This document shows, one piece after another, positions 37,911 through 51,144 of a stretch of 64,000 nucleotides of DNA (position 1 is the first letter of the stretch; every line of letters begins with the position of its first letter). This stretch comes from Macrostomum lignano (Eukaryota), in NCBI GenBank assembly GCA_002269645.1, contig NIVC01000077.1, forward strand, positions 62,001 through 126,000, read 5' to 3'. The position numbers and the translations under genes are program-made. Under the pieces are notes generated by a model, which saw nothing but the letters and a program-made list of their open reading frames with translations, had not been told where the DNA came from and searched no databases.

Positions 37911-40900
37911 ATGAGGCCGAGGATCATTGCACTGCTGATAGCTACACTACTGGCTTCGCCTGCTTGCGGTAAGTCAGCGAATTTCAGCTGTCAGTCTGTC
38001 CCTGTCTGCTCATCTCTGTCCATAGCTGTCTGTTCATCCCTGTCTGTTCATCTCTGTCCTGTCAGTCTGTTCCTGTCTGCTCATCTCTGTCCATAGCTGT
38101 CTGTTCATCCCTGTCTGTCCATCTCTGTCCATAGCTGTCTGTCCATCCCTGGCTGTTCATCTCTGTTCATAGCTGTCTGTCTGTCTGTCCCTGTCTGTCT
38201 GTCCCTGTCTGTCTGTCCCTGTCTGTCTGTCCCTGTCTGTCTGTCCCTGTCTGTCTGTCCCTGTCTGTCTGTCCCTGTCTGTCTGTCCCTGTCTGTCTGT
38301 CCCTGTCTGTCTGTCCCTGTCTGTCTGTCCCTGTCTGTCTGTCCCTGTCTGTCTGTCCCTGTCTGTCTGTCCCTGTCTGTCTGTCCCTGTCTGTCTGTCC
38401 CTGTCTGTCTGTCCCTGTCTGTCCATCTCTGTCCATAGCTTTCTGTACATCTCTGTCTCGACCTGTCTTTCTATAGCTGCCAGTCCATCTTTGGTAGACA
38501 GTTATGCATGCTATGTATCCACCAATCGCCTCTGAATAAGTATGAAGTATCTACTTTACCAATAGCATCCGATGTCTATCTATATCCCATCAACTTTGCA
38601 CCAGAATGACAAAGTTCAGCGTTCTGCAAGCCAAGTTCATATTGAGAATACTTGGTGCCTGGCTTAAATATTCTGATTAGAATATTATTAATTTGCATTA
38701 GAAAGGACAGGAAATTAAAGTCTGAAAGTTACTGTAATCAGAGACAAGAGCCTATATTTAATTTTGCAACTCTGTTGGATTATTAATTAGACTCAAAAGT
38801 GCTATTGCACTGCTCTTTTAAATAATTTAAATCAGTAGAAAAATTTCTTAGTTCATAGTCATCGATCATGATAATGAGCAGCGCAATTTTACTGCCTGTG
38901 CTTCCAAAAATTACGAGTACTTATGAGCAGTTAAATCGTTCTCATTCGTGCCGTCTCCATGGCAACCACGCATTCCCCCTTTTCCCCCGAAAGCCTGAAG
39001 TTTCCAACTGTGACCACGCAGCATAATTCTTGAGAGGCAAAGTGCGCCATTAAGGTTGGGACAGCGCCATCAAGCTGATTTTTCATAGTCCTCTCGAAGT
39101 CCTCTCAATCAGGGACACCTGAAACTAATATCTGGAGTGGTAAACCAGAGACACCTAAATCGAAGAGGTTCAACTCCAGATTTGAGTTAAGATGTCCTTG
39201 GCTCAATGCTCAAACTGACACACTTGGTAGGCTCACTGTCAATGATGATGGGGCATCGATCTCTGCCGATCTTGAGCGTTTTTGGCTTCCTCACCCAAAG
39301 GTAGGTCGAGTTCAGTGTGACTCGAGCTAAAAGTGCTCTTGAGTACTGGTAGCCCGATCCTTGAGCACACAATCATCCATTGAGAAGTGGGGGCAAATGT
39401 ATAGCTGAGGTTTGCTCAACCCAGCCGATGCAAGGGCTTGTGCGCATGTTCTGGGACACGAATCGATAGACAAAGTCCATATTTATGCCGTGTAAATTTT
39501 ACTTATAGTCTGACTGAAATTTAACTGGCGCAATGGATTCAATTTTTCTGCATTGAGAAATGTTCACGCGGGAAATTTTATCCAAAGCACAATGGTGCTT
39601 TACTATTTCGGTTAAATTTTATGCTATGAAAGTTTGCCTGTCCACTTTGAATGTAAGGTCTACTTTTTTAGTAGGCAACAGTAAACAGTATCATTCTTTA
39701 AATTCACAGTGAACTTCTCAAATCCCTTTGTCAAATCTCAAAGCTTCTGCTGTCTAAAACTGTCAAATCTCAAAGCTTCTGCTGTCTAAAACTGTCAAAT
39801 CTCAAAGCTTCTGCTGTCTAAAACTGTCAAATCTCAAAGCTTCTGCTGTCTAAAACTGTCAAATCTCAAAGCTTCTACTGTCTAAAACCTGTTTAATCTC
39901 AAAGCTTCTACTGTCTGAAAACTGTCAAATCTCAAAGCTTCTGCTGTCTAAAACTGTCAAATCTCAAAGCTTCTGCTGTCTAAAACTGTCAAATCTCAAA
40001 GCTTCTATTGTCTAAAACCTGTCTAATCTCAAAGCTTCTACTGTCTAAAACTGTCAAATCTCAAAGCTTCTACTGTCTAAAACTGTCAAATCTCAAAGCT
40101 TCTGCTGTCTAAAACTGTCAAATCTCAAAGCTTCTGCTGTCTAAAACTGTCAAATCTCAAAGCTTCTACTGTCTAAAACCTGTCTAATCTCAAAGCTTCT
40201 ACTGTCTAAAACTGTCAAATCTCAAAGCTTCTACTGTCTAAAACTGTCAAATCTCAAAGCTTCTGCTGTCTAAAACTGTCAAATCTCAAAGCTTCTACTG
40301 TCTAAAACCTGTCTAATCTCAAAGCTTCTACTGTCTAAAACCTGTCTAATCTCAAAGCTTCTACTGTCTAAAACCTGTTTAATCTCAAAGCTTCTACTGT
40401 CTGAAACCTGTCTAATCTCAAAGCTTCTACTGTCTAAAACCTGTTTAATCTCAAAGCTTCTACTGTCTAAAACCTGTCTAATCTCAAAGCTTCTACTGTC
40501 TAAAACCTGTCTAATCTCAAAGCTTCTACTGTCTAAAACCTGTCTAATCTCAAAGCTTCTACTGTCTAAAACCTGTTTAATCTCAAAGCTTCTACTGTCT
40601 AAAACCTGTCTAATCTCAAAGCTTCTACTGTCTAAAACCTGTCTAATCTCAAAGCTTCTACTGTCTAAAACCTGTTTAATCTCAAAGCTTCTACTGTCTG
40701 AAACCTGTCTAATCTCAAAGCTTCTACTGTCTAAAACCTGTTTAATCTCAAAGCTTCTACTGTCTAAAACCTGTCTAATCTCAAAGCTTCTACTGTCTAA
40801 AACCTGTCTAATCTCAAAGCTTCTACTGTCTAAAAACTGTCTAATCCCTAAAGTTTACTGTTATACCTTAAAATCTACTGTCTAATAATTAAACTCCACT

Positions 40901-43900
40901 GTCTAATTCTTAAACTCAACTGTCTAATCCTTAAACTCCATTGTCTAATCCTTAAACTAATAGACTAAGTAAACAAAGTAAAGCATTGACGATGACAGTT
41001 AGAGACAGGTACATTAATCAGAAATATAACATTTTTATCAGCTTTCTATTAAACGTTTATTTTTAGAGAAGCGGGCCGTTGCTGATGAAATCGACAAGCA
41101 ATTAAGATAACTGTTGCATTCAGAAGAACAAAATATTAAAAAATTTTAATCACCTAAATTAAACTGCTTGACTTCCCATTGCTGAGATACTCGTACGCTC
41201 ATAGTTAAACAAAAGTGAAAATTTGAATCACGAATTCGAAAGCGAGGCATTATAGAAAATTCTGAAATATGCTCGTAGTTAAGCTAAAAACTGTATTTAT
41301 CCAAATCTCTAAGATTCCTACCATCATATAAATTAATTATTAGTGATTTCAATTACGCCGTTCAGTGAACAACGAATAAGCTCAACGAATGTGCGAGAAC
41401 GAGTCTCACCCCAGCCTGTGGGAGAACATGAGGGATTTAATCTCTCTTTAAATTATTCTTCGAGGCAAGTTCGCTGGGGGTGTGAAATTTCCTTCTGGAT
41501 CAATATTGCTGAGCAGCCCTGGCTCTGCCGGCTGGCGACAGCCAATTCGATCGCTTTTTCTCAGTTGGAGAATTCTGTCTTATCAGTCATTTTCATAGTG
41601 CAAGTGATCAGCCTGTGATAGTGATGAGAACGTGGATCCAAGCAGTAAGAGAGTTATACTGTATGCTAAGGATACTGTATGCCGCTGTCAGAGGGTGTAC
41701 AGCGGCCCTGAATTTTCAAGCATAAAAAATTCCGTATCGTAAAATCCAGACTAAATCAAAATTCAAACCACACGTGTAGAACTAATAGTGCTTATGAAGT
41801 TGCTCTCCCCCCCCAAAAAAATCAGTTTGGAGTTTGCACTAGCTGCCGTCACACTTTTCTAACTTTGAACTTTTGGCATACACAGCTTCTTAACTGTGGG
41901 TCAAAAGTGCCTCACGGCGTATCCTCTGCGCTGAACTGACAGCGCGAACCCGACTACCGCGTAAACAGCAGCGCCTTCGCATAAGTTAGAAAAAATATTA
42001 CAGAGCGAGGGACGGAGCGACAGTTGAAGAATATACTGGTGTCTTGTCTCCCACTGCACTGCCGCCATGCTAAGAATAGAACCTGGATTGCGAGTGCATG
42101 TTCAATCATCAATAGGTTGATGGTTGATGGCTGCTGTGTATTCAAGGTGTCATGTTTTTGCGGAGGGAATTCGGTCCACTTGAAGTCTAGTTTGCAAGTA
42201 GGTCAGGTGGTAGGAATTATCTTACAGTAAAAAAGAAGCAATCAGTGAGGCAAGCAATGGTTTAGAAGGAAAATCAGTCGCTTGCATGACAATTAAGAGA
42301 GCCCGGAAAGATGCCTAAAAAGAGCATCTACAGGATGCTCAAGCACCATCCTGAGGTAGTTAATTCGACAGAGCATTCGAAAGAAATGAGCTTTAAAAAG
42401 TTCTGTCCTGAATTCGTGCCTCTTCGTTCTAATTGCAAGTAAAGGGTACAAGCTTACAGGCTTAGAGGCAGTTAGCTCTAAGCTGGGCAGAGGGGATCGA
42501 GAGGGAGGTTGGGCGCAAGCAAGAGTTCAGAAGCACGCCGCGGCGTCACGCAAATGGCAGCAATTAATTGCTAAAAGTGTGTTCCGCCAAGACCTAAACG
42601 GCTTCCTCCTATGTGACAATCGCTAGCTGCACCTAAACAGCAATTCAGTTAGGTCAGTAGGACAAACATGACATGAATAATGTCGGTCACTGTGTTCCCT
42701 GCGTGCATGTTTGTTTTTGCATGCTACTTTTCACTTAGCTGACCGACCGTATGGCTTTATGGTCCGCTTTTAAAGCGTCCGATGACGAGCATAGAAATAA
42801 AGGAATGCACTTCTGTAAAAACCTTCTAAAGGCTGATAAACTTATGAAGCCGTAGGTTCCAAAGCTTGATTCTAAATATTAAGTACCGCCAAAACTAGGG
42901 ACAAGTGTATACTCGGAACTGACGATCCCATCTAACGATGGCTTTATAGAACGGGCCCGATATCTCCCCTGCTGAACTTCCCAATTACAAACCGAGCATG
43001 TCTTTTGTCCGAGGTTGATTCACAAGCTTTACGTTTGTCTTGACAAAATGTTCTCACTTTATTGGCAACGCTCAAACTACAGTCGCGGTTTCGGAAGGGG
43101 ATTTTGCATGGCGCTAGATGGAGTTTTACCATAGACAAATTCGGACTGGAATTTCGCAGGAACTTGGCTCGCTTGTTCGCCTCCAGCAGCTTTACGAACT
43201 TTGCGAGCTAAAAATCTTTGCTATTCGGCAATCCAGAAGGTCAATAATGTGTAAAAAACTGAACTTCGGCAGCAAAAATTAGTCTGCAGTGAATTTTCAG
43301 GACTTGCGAGAGTAGTTTTCTTCTGTCTGTAGTGACTTTAATTTCACATGATGTATATGCGGCAAACTATTCAAACCTGTGTTCTTCAGTCCACAGCCTC
43401 GGCTGTTTCGTCTGCACCTCAAACAACAACTCAAAGCCACTTTGTGACGACACGTTCGGCAATGTTGCAAACTTTTTCAATTCCAACTGTCAGGCGGCAA
43501 GGGTTGCCCGAGCCGGCCTGTTCCCAGCGACTGAGTGCATCAAAATCAAGCTGCAGAATCGTGAGTATAGGGCATGCCACTTGTCAGCGATTTTTATCGT
43601 ATAGTAGTGCTGTCTGATACGCTATGTCCGTGATTCTGTGTTGACGGTTGCATCAGCTGAACTACAGCTTTGTCTGAGTGTTGCATCAGCTGAACATGTG
43701 TCTACAACTTTGTCTGAGTGTTGCATCAGCTGAACATGTGTCTACAACTTTGTCTGAGTGTTGCATCAGCTGAACATGTGTGTACAGCTTTGTCTGAGTG
43801 TTGCATCAGCTGAACATGTGTCTACAACTTTGTCTGAGTGTTGCATCAGCTGAACATGTGTCTACAACTTTGTCTGAGTGTTGCATCAGCTGAACATGTG

Positions 43901-44607
43901 TCTACAACTTTGTCTGAGTGTTGCATCAGCTGAACATGTGTGTACAGCTTTGTCTGAGTGTTGCATCAGCTGAACATGTGTCTACAGCTTTGTCTGAGTG
44001 TTGCATCAGCTGAACATGTGTCTACAGCTTTGTCTGAGTGTTGCATCAGCTGAACATGTGTCTACAGCTTTGTCTGAGTGTTGCATCAGCTGAACATGTG
44101 TCTACAGCTTTGTCTGAGTGTTGCATCAGCTGAACATGTGTGTACAGCTTTGTCTGAGTGTTGCATCAGCTGAACATGTGTCTACAATGTTGTGTCTACA
44201 TAGCTGTTTCATGAACTGAACATGTATCTGCAATATTGTGCTTTTGCTAGCATTCGAGATAAAGCTATGATGCTGTGTTTGATACATGTGGCTGTGTGTT
44301 TCAATCTTGTGCGTTTCTGCAAAACTGCATAAACCGCATCCTCCAACGACCAACAGCCAATGACCAAACGCGAACGGTGATTCGGACATGCGTTGTGGAC
44401 AACGGTGGCAATTCCGACAATACGGAAATCGGTCGCAGCACCCACTGTGGCCCGATGCAGAAGGTGAAGTGGCAGGGCGTACTCATGTACGGCTGCATTC
44501 TCACCTGCAACACTGACGGCTGCAACGGTGACTCTCCGATTGCTGCTTCCTTGCTGCTCCAACTGATGTCACTGCTGCTAGCCTTCTTAGCGAGAGCGTC
44601 CGCTTGA
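37911..44607 (+). CDS. Ly6/uPAR (three-finger, quiver/sleepless-like) GPI-anchored protein, 159 aa, 3 exons
   Basis: Exons 37911-37968, 43390-43560 and 44357-44607 (phase 1 and 1, 480 nt). Signal peptide [19 protein letters not shown]; CFVC at the start of the domain; terminal CNTDGCN; hydrophobic GPI-type tail [13 protein letters not shown]. Confidence 0.85.
37985..38480. repeat. CTGT-derived repeat with a 14-bp unit
   Basis: Unit CTGTCTGTCTGTCC, flanked by degenerate copies, immediately after the Ly6 exon-1 donor. Confidence 0.93.
38953..38966 (+). promoter_or_regulatory. Candidate RFX X-box
   Basis: GTCTCCATGGCAAC fits the consensus GTHNYY-AT-RRNAAC. It is intronic, and function is unsupported. 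Confidence 0.25.
39728..40960. repeat. 32/33-bp minisatellite, about 35 copies plus a decayed tail
   Basis: CAAATCTCAAAGCTTCTGCTGTCTAAAACTGT grades into CTAATCTCAAAGCTTCTACTGTCTAAAACCTGT. Confidence 0.96.
43650..44185. repeat. 40-bp minisatellite in Ly6 intron 2, about 13 copies
   Basis: Unit TTGCATCAGCTGAACATGTGTCTACA(A/G)CTTTGTCTGAGTG. Confidence 0.97.
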
Positions 44608-45166
44608 CGACATGACAGCTTCAAAGTTGTTTAAATTTTTTGAAGGCAAGTGCACTGTTTCAAAATGCAAGGTAGGGATTTTCTGTTTTCGGCAATAAAC
44701 TCAACATTGTTAATAATCATTAGGGACTCGTTTGATGCGAGGCTGATTTGTTGAAGTAAACTAGCTAATCTCAATGAAAAATAGCAGTCAGTTAGGTTTC
44801 CATATTTCAAATCCGTATTCGTCCTTGCTAATTTAGAGATTAGCAATTTGACTTAATCCGATTAGGAAGATACAAAAAAAGATTGCGCCAGAATTTATAT
44901 TTTTGCGAATTGTACTTATCGAGCGTTTTTTAAAACTAAAATTGTAAACCAACCATAAAACACATGGCATCTTCGACTCTTCAAACATAAGCTGAAAACT
45001 GAGAATATTCCATCCTATCAATGCATTTTGCAACAAAGCTTGGCTTTTTATACGTGTGGTTGAGCAGAAACTTACCGTTGTCTGTTTCAACTAATAGTAA
45101 TTCCATCACCGCGTATGCAACTCTTTGATGATGTACTTTTGCGGAATGAGTCTCTCTCAGATAAGG

Positions 45167-45462
<296 letters not shown>

Positions 45463-46047
45463 ATGGGCTCCTTAGCACAGAAATTTCTTCCCGATCCCAT
45501 TCACAAGTATAGCCATAAGCTGCTGGCGTTCGTTCGCAACTGCTATATTATCATGCTGTTGATGCTCAGAATCCTTTGTGAAACCCAACACGCTGGTGTG
45601 AATGCGAACTGGGTCCCCTCTGCATGCCAGGTTTGCACTACTGATTGCACTCGAGTAGAAGGATGCTACACTCCCTGTTCGTGTATTTTTAGGCCCCGTT
45701 TCCTCTTCAAACTGCGAAGCCAACAAAGGTGTGTCTGAAGTTTCAAATATGCTTAGCTGTAATTGAGAGCTGCAGCGTTAAATTGCGATTCACTATTCAG
45801 AGTTTCCAGGTTTTCAGAGTTGCATCTCGGACTGATAAACATGTAACTTGTTTCATGCACCATGTGGGTTAATCAAGTTCTAACCTGTAAAACTTCCGCT
45901 GTAAAAATTAAGCAGTAATCCATTTCCTTTAGTCTTTAGACTTAGAAAGGGTTTTACTTTTAGTCTGGTGTTCCTTGCTTGCTGGTCTGAAGTATCAGAT
46001 AGGAAGTTTTCTTACACTCGCTTGATAAACCTGTGAGTTGAGCACCC

Positions 46048-46545
46048 ACCAAACAGAACAACAACAGTAACAATACAGCCAATAACAGAACAATAACAGT
46101 AACAATACAGCCAATAACAGAACAACAACAGTAACAATACAGCCAATAACAGAGCAACAACAGTAACAATACAGCCAATAACAGAACAATAACAGTAACA
46201 ATACAGCCAATAACAGAACAACAACAGTAACAATACAGCCAATAACAGAGCAACAACAGTAACAATACAGCCAATAACAGAGCAACAACAGTAACAATAC
46301 AGCCAATAACAGAGCAACAACAGTAACAATACAGCCAATAACAGAGCAACAACAGTAACAATACAGCCAATAACAGAGCAACAACAGTAACAATACAGCC
46401 AATAACAGAGCAACAACAGTAACAATACAGCCAATAACAGAGCAACAACAGTAACAATACAGCCAATAACAGAGCAACAACAGTAACAATACAGCCAATA
46501 AACAGAATGACAACAGTAACAATACAGCCAACAACAGTAGCAATA
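46048..46545. repeat. 32-bp A/C-rich minisatellite, about 15 copies
   Basis: Unit AACAACAGTAACAATACAGCCAATAACAGAGC. Confidence 0.96.
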
Positions 46546-47224
46546 CAGTCAGCAACGGAACAGCAGTGTTTCCACTTGCATTAAAACCAAACAAAAAAGC
46601 ACACAGTCACTTGCTTTATTTAGTAATCCAGAAGTTTGCTTTGAACGTTTTGATCTGATAAAAGTGGTTTCGACCTAAGTAAAACCTGATGCGTTACATC
46701 ATTTAAACACTACACAAATACAATACGTTTATATTAGAAATTTGTAGTAGCAGAGCGTCCAAATTTTTTCGAATCTCTTTAATTTATTTTTCGCATTGCC
46801 TATGCAGAACTGTACCCGAGCGTGAACATTTTTTCATTGCTCCGCCGAGCCCAGCTGCACTGTGAAGACACTTTTTGGACACTCGTTCAATTTTATGCGC
46901 GAGTTATTTCCGTAGTGAAGTGTTTTTTCCAGAATTTTGTACTTTGTTGGAGTGTCTGCAGCTGCACTGAATAAATTTGTCATCTTTCCGAGAAACTGAG
47001 CAGCAAATATTTGACTGAGAATTTTTTGCCTTTTTTCTGTCTTCCTCCGTTTTTTGTCCCTAGTTCAAGTTGGTTCGGCTTTGTAAAGTCCTATTTACAC
47101 AGACACTGACTTCGATTCATATGTTGCCCAATGTAGAATGCTTCTCTTTTGCTTGAAACCAAACTATGGTAGCTCCATGATACAATGATAAACTATACGG
47201 GTTATTTGCCGCTAATCATCATAT

Positions 47225-47775
47225 TTCAGGCTATCTAATCATTATCGTTCGCGTATATCTAATCATCATCTTTCGCGTATATCTAATCATCATCTTTCAG
47301 AATATCCAATCATCATCTTTCAAGATATCTAATCATCTTTGAAGCTATACAATCATCATCTTTCAGAATATCCAAACATCATCTATCGAGCTATCTAATC
47401 ATCATCTTTCCCGCTATCTAATCATCATCTTTCCCGCTATCTAAACATCATCTTTCGAGCTATCTAATCATCATCTATCGAGCTATCTAATCATCATCTT
47501 TCCTGCTATCTAATCATCATCTATCGAGCTATCTAATCATTATCTTTCCCGCTATCTAATTAATCATCTTTCGAGCTATCTAATCATCATCTATCGAGCT
47601 ATCTAATCATCATCTTTCGCGCTACCTAATCATAATCTTTTAAGCTATCTAATCCTTATCTTTCAGCTTTTCTAATCATCATTTTTCAGATTACCTAATC
47701 AATATCTTTCAATCGTACCTAATCATAATTTTTCAATCTATCTAATCATCATTATTCAAGCTATCTAATCATCAC
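47225..47775. repeat. Degenerate ~23-bp minisatellite
   Basis: Core GCTATCTAATCATCATCTTTC. Confidence 0.88.
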
Positions 47776-48753
47776 CTCAGGTGATCTAACCAAGTGCTTT
47801 TGGCATACGAATCAATCAAATGGTAAATTCATTATCTTCTAGCTGATCCAATCATGTTCACTCAGGTTATTCGATCGCGATCAAGTGATCCAATGTGATC
47901 TAATCAGAATATCACAAGAGGAAAGAGATAATCAGAAGCTTAAAGTGCATCTAGATACGAGCTAAACTAATCTTGAATTTTAGGCCATTTGGTAATGACT
48001 GAAGTTTTAAGTAAAAAGCAGCTACCTAGACAGAAAAAATCTATCAACTGATAAAAGCTTACCATAATAGCTTCGTGTAATTAGCTGCACAGAATGCTAT
48101 TTCAAGGATTAAAAGACAGATTTTTGCATTTGATCAAAGGAGAAAAAAATTGAGAATCAAATAGCAAAGGCCATACAAGGTGAGCTTGAGCAATAAAATC
48201 AGGAAAAATGGAGACAAACACAGACTCACTGGGGACTTGTGCTCACAGAGCACTCAGGCAAAACGAAGCCCCATGTTGAAGTTCTGTGCTGCAGCTCTGG
48301 CAAAATTCATAGATTATCATATTTCTATCGAGTCGAGTCGAAGCTGCACAGCTCAAGCAGGGCTCATGTTTCCTGCAACTTGAGTCCCGAATTCCACGTC
48401 ACGGAAAACTGCAGTATGAAGTATCCCTCTCTGACTCGTTATTATTCTCAGCTGGGGGTTGTAAATCATGTCTTCAGCCTAGAATTTTTATTGCTCTCTC
48501 ATGTGCATGTTGCAGAACGGAACTACAGTTTCGATATTTTATACTGCAATACACGAATGCTCTACTTGTTAGTAGAAATATCTGCTAAAACAAATTAAAG
48601 ATTTCGATGACTTTAACAAGGTTGAAACTTCATGCAAGACCGAAATTGCGCAATGAAGCAAATTTCTTTTCCAAAGTCTTTTTTAAACAATATTCGCTTG
48701 TCCTATTTAAGTCATTCAAATTCTAACTTTTGCGCTTGAGGAGAAGTTGACTA

Positions 48754-48918
48754 TGCAAAAAAGCCTAGTCTTACACAAAATCAATATCCTGCTTACACAA
48801 CAAAAATTGCAAAAAAGCCTAGTCTTACACAAAATCAATATCCTGCTTACACAACAAAAATTGCAAAAAAGCCTAGTCTTACACAAAATCAATATCCTGC
48901 TTACACAACAAAAAATCG
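48754..48918. repeat. 54-bp tandem repeat, 3 copies
   Basis: Copies start at 48754, 48808 and 48862 (TGCAAAAAAGCCTAGTCTTACACAAAATC...). Confidence 0.92.
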
Positions 48919-49773
48919 CATAGGGCATGCACATTTTGGAACTATGTCGATCAGATAATTAAAGTCGAATCGTGGGGGGGGGGTGTTTTTTAGCAGAGTT
49001 TCGGGATGAATACTACAACTACAACAACAGCATCAACATGGTCTACTCCAATGCCGAGACACGTTGAAAAGGACATGGCTTGTAAATCAAAAGAAATTCG
49101 CAAGCAGAGAAGCAAGTCCACGGGAAAAACTGCACGTAGTTAACAAATAATTATGCCTAGTTTTTAGTATACCGAATGCGTTCTGAAAATTTCTATTTAC
49201 GAATGAGTTTGCAAATTAGTCAGAGTCAGTGGGTAGAGATTAAAACGGGCTGTTTTTAATAACAACTACTAAATTCACTAAATTCCAAACAAATTAAACT
49301 TCAAGACAAATATTAAGTAATTCATATTGAAACACAATTTTAATATTCTGCCTGTTAAAATTTAAATTCACTTTTTATTTAGAATAATTGGGGCAAAACC
49401 AAGCGTTAATGTACTTACAAAGTCTAAATATAACATTCAACTTGCAGGAACGGAATGTATTGTTGTGCATTCTGCAATTGAAAAAGAAATTTAAAACTGA
49501 TTTTTAAGCATAATGGACGGAATTTTCATACCTCAAATTGGAATAATGCAGAATTCCAAACCTACACACACGAGACATATTACTATGATGTTGATAAATA
49601 AGCATCTATCAATCATAAACAGCCAAAAAAGTCAGGGCTGCTGTGCGAGCACGTGCAACTAATAACGTATTTGTATTTGTATTATAACAAATAGCATTCA
49701 CAGAGGGCTGTGAGGACCCCGAGCGACATCAAAACCAGCGCTGAGGCAGCTCTGTCCATTCCGCTCGTACAAA

Positions 49774-50454
49774 CCAAGGTCGACTTAAGTAGAAGGACGG
49801 GAAACCTCGTTTCTTAGAAAATTTTAGAAGGCCGGTTTTCCACAAAAAATACACTACGGAGATAGGAAGTTATCATTTATTCAGCACAAAAATTGTTATT
49901 GCTTTTGATAGGAGGCAGATCCAGTGTTCATCTTTTGATATGTTGTGCCTTTCTTATTGCTCTATCGATATTCATAGAGATTTTCGTTCAGAAAATTAGG
50001 GTTCTATGTGAATTTTTTGTCTTGTGCCTAAAAGCCATTGAAATGGCACAGCTCGGCTCTTTGGTTTTATGAGTCTATTTCATCATTCTCAGCTGACTGT
50101 GTAACAAATATTTGTAACATAGATGATAAAATAGATTCATAAAACCAAAGATTCGAGTTGTGCCATGCATTTTTATGATTTTTAGGTACAGGAAATGTAC
50201 GTAGAATAAAAAATTAAAATAGAATCCTAATTTTTTGAACGAAAAGCTCTATGAATATCGATAGAGCAATAAGAAAAGCACAACATATCAAAAGATGAAC
50301 ACTGGATCCGCCTCCTATCAAAAGCAATAACAATTTTTGTGCTGAAAAAATGCAAACTTCCTATCTCCGTAGTGTATTTTTCGGCGAAAAGTTACCTTCA
50401 AAACATTTACCATAGATTTCGAGTGTTGCGTCCTTCTACTTAAGTTGTCCTTGG
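49774..50454. mobile_element. Foldback/MITE-like element, about 680 bp, with ~310-bp inverted arms
   Basis: The left arm (CCAAGGTCGACTTAAGTAGAAGGACG...ATAGGAGGCAGATCCAGTGTTCATCTTTTGATATG...) is the reverse complement of the right arm (...CATATCAAAAGATGAACACTGGATCCGCCTCCTAT...CGTCCTTCTACTTAAGTTGTCCTTGG). The spacer is about 40 nt. TTAA occurs near both ends (49785, 50440). TSD and family are not resolved. Confidence 0.8.
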
Positions 50455-50562
50455 GACTACTTGGAGGAGAGGCCCATCTAGAGTTCATAAGACCTGGGGT
50501 AAAAAGTACATGTTGCAAAAGTACGCCCATAAAGCATTAAAAACGCATGAAATGGTGTCAGA

Positions 50563-51144
50563 TTACGCCCGTCCACTGCTGGCAATCTCGGTCATCTGAC
50601 TGCACCGTTCAGCGTACAACTCTGCGTACTTCTTTGCCAGCTCAATGAATGGAGCGTCGACTCCGTGCGCCTCCTTGGCGGAGGCCTCAAAATACAGCAG
50701 GCCATTGTTCTGGGCCATCTCCTGGCCTTGGCTGGCTGTAACAATTCGACGATTGTCCAAATCTGATTTATTGGCCACCAGAGCGGTCGGCACGGCGCCT
50801 GAGCGGCCGAGCTTGGGCAGCTTGGCGAGCCACTGGGCGCACCTGCTGAACGAAGCCTCGCTAGTGACATCGTAGACCAGAATGCACAGGTCAGGCTTTT
50901 GCACATACTTTTCAACTACATCGCTGTAGGCGTCTTTACCGGCGCAGTCGTACAGGTACATTTCTACCTGGTCGCCTTGAGTCTGCGGCAGCATGCAGGA
51001 TTTCACCACCAGCTCAACTCCCGTGGTCATGGAATAATTCTTTGGAAAATGCTGTCCATCGCTGTGGAACATTTGCACCAGGGAGCTCTTGCCGGCAGTT
51101 GAGTCTCCGACTACGATCACTTTGGCTCGAAGGATCAGGGGCAT
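50563..51144 (-). CDS. IFT27: Intraflagellar transport protein 27 (RABL4), Rab-like small GTPase, single coding exon, 193 aa
   Basis: AKVIVVGDSTAGKSSL P-loop followed by FHSDGQHFPKNYSMTTGVELVVK (IFT27 signature), YDCAGKD, LVYDVT, NKSD and FEASAK. Confidence 0.93.
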   Translation of the reverse strand: MPLILRAKVIVVGDSTAGKSSLVQMFHSDGQHFPKNYSMTTGVELVVKSCMLPQTQGDQVEMYLYDCAGKDAYSDVVEKYVQKPDLCILVYDVTSEASFSRCAQWLAKLPKLGRSGAVPTALVANKSDLDNRRIVTASQGQEMAQNNGLLYFEASAKEAHGVDAPFIELAKKYAELYAERCSQMTEIASSGRA

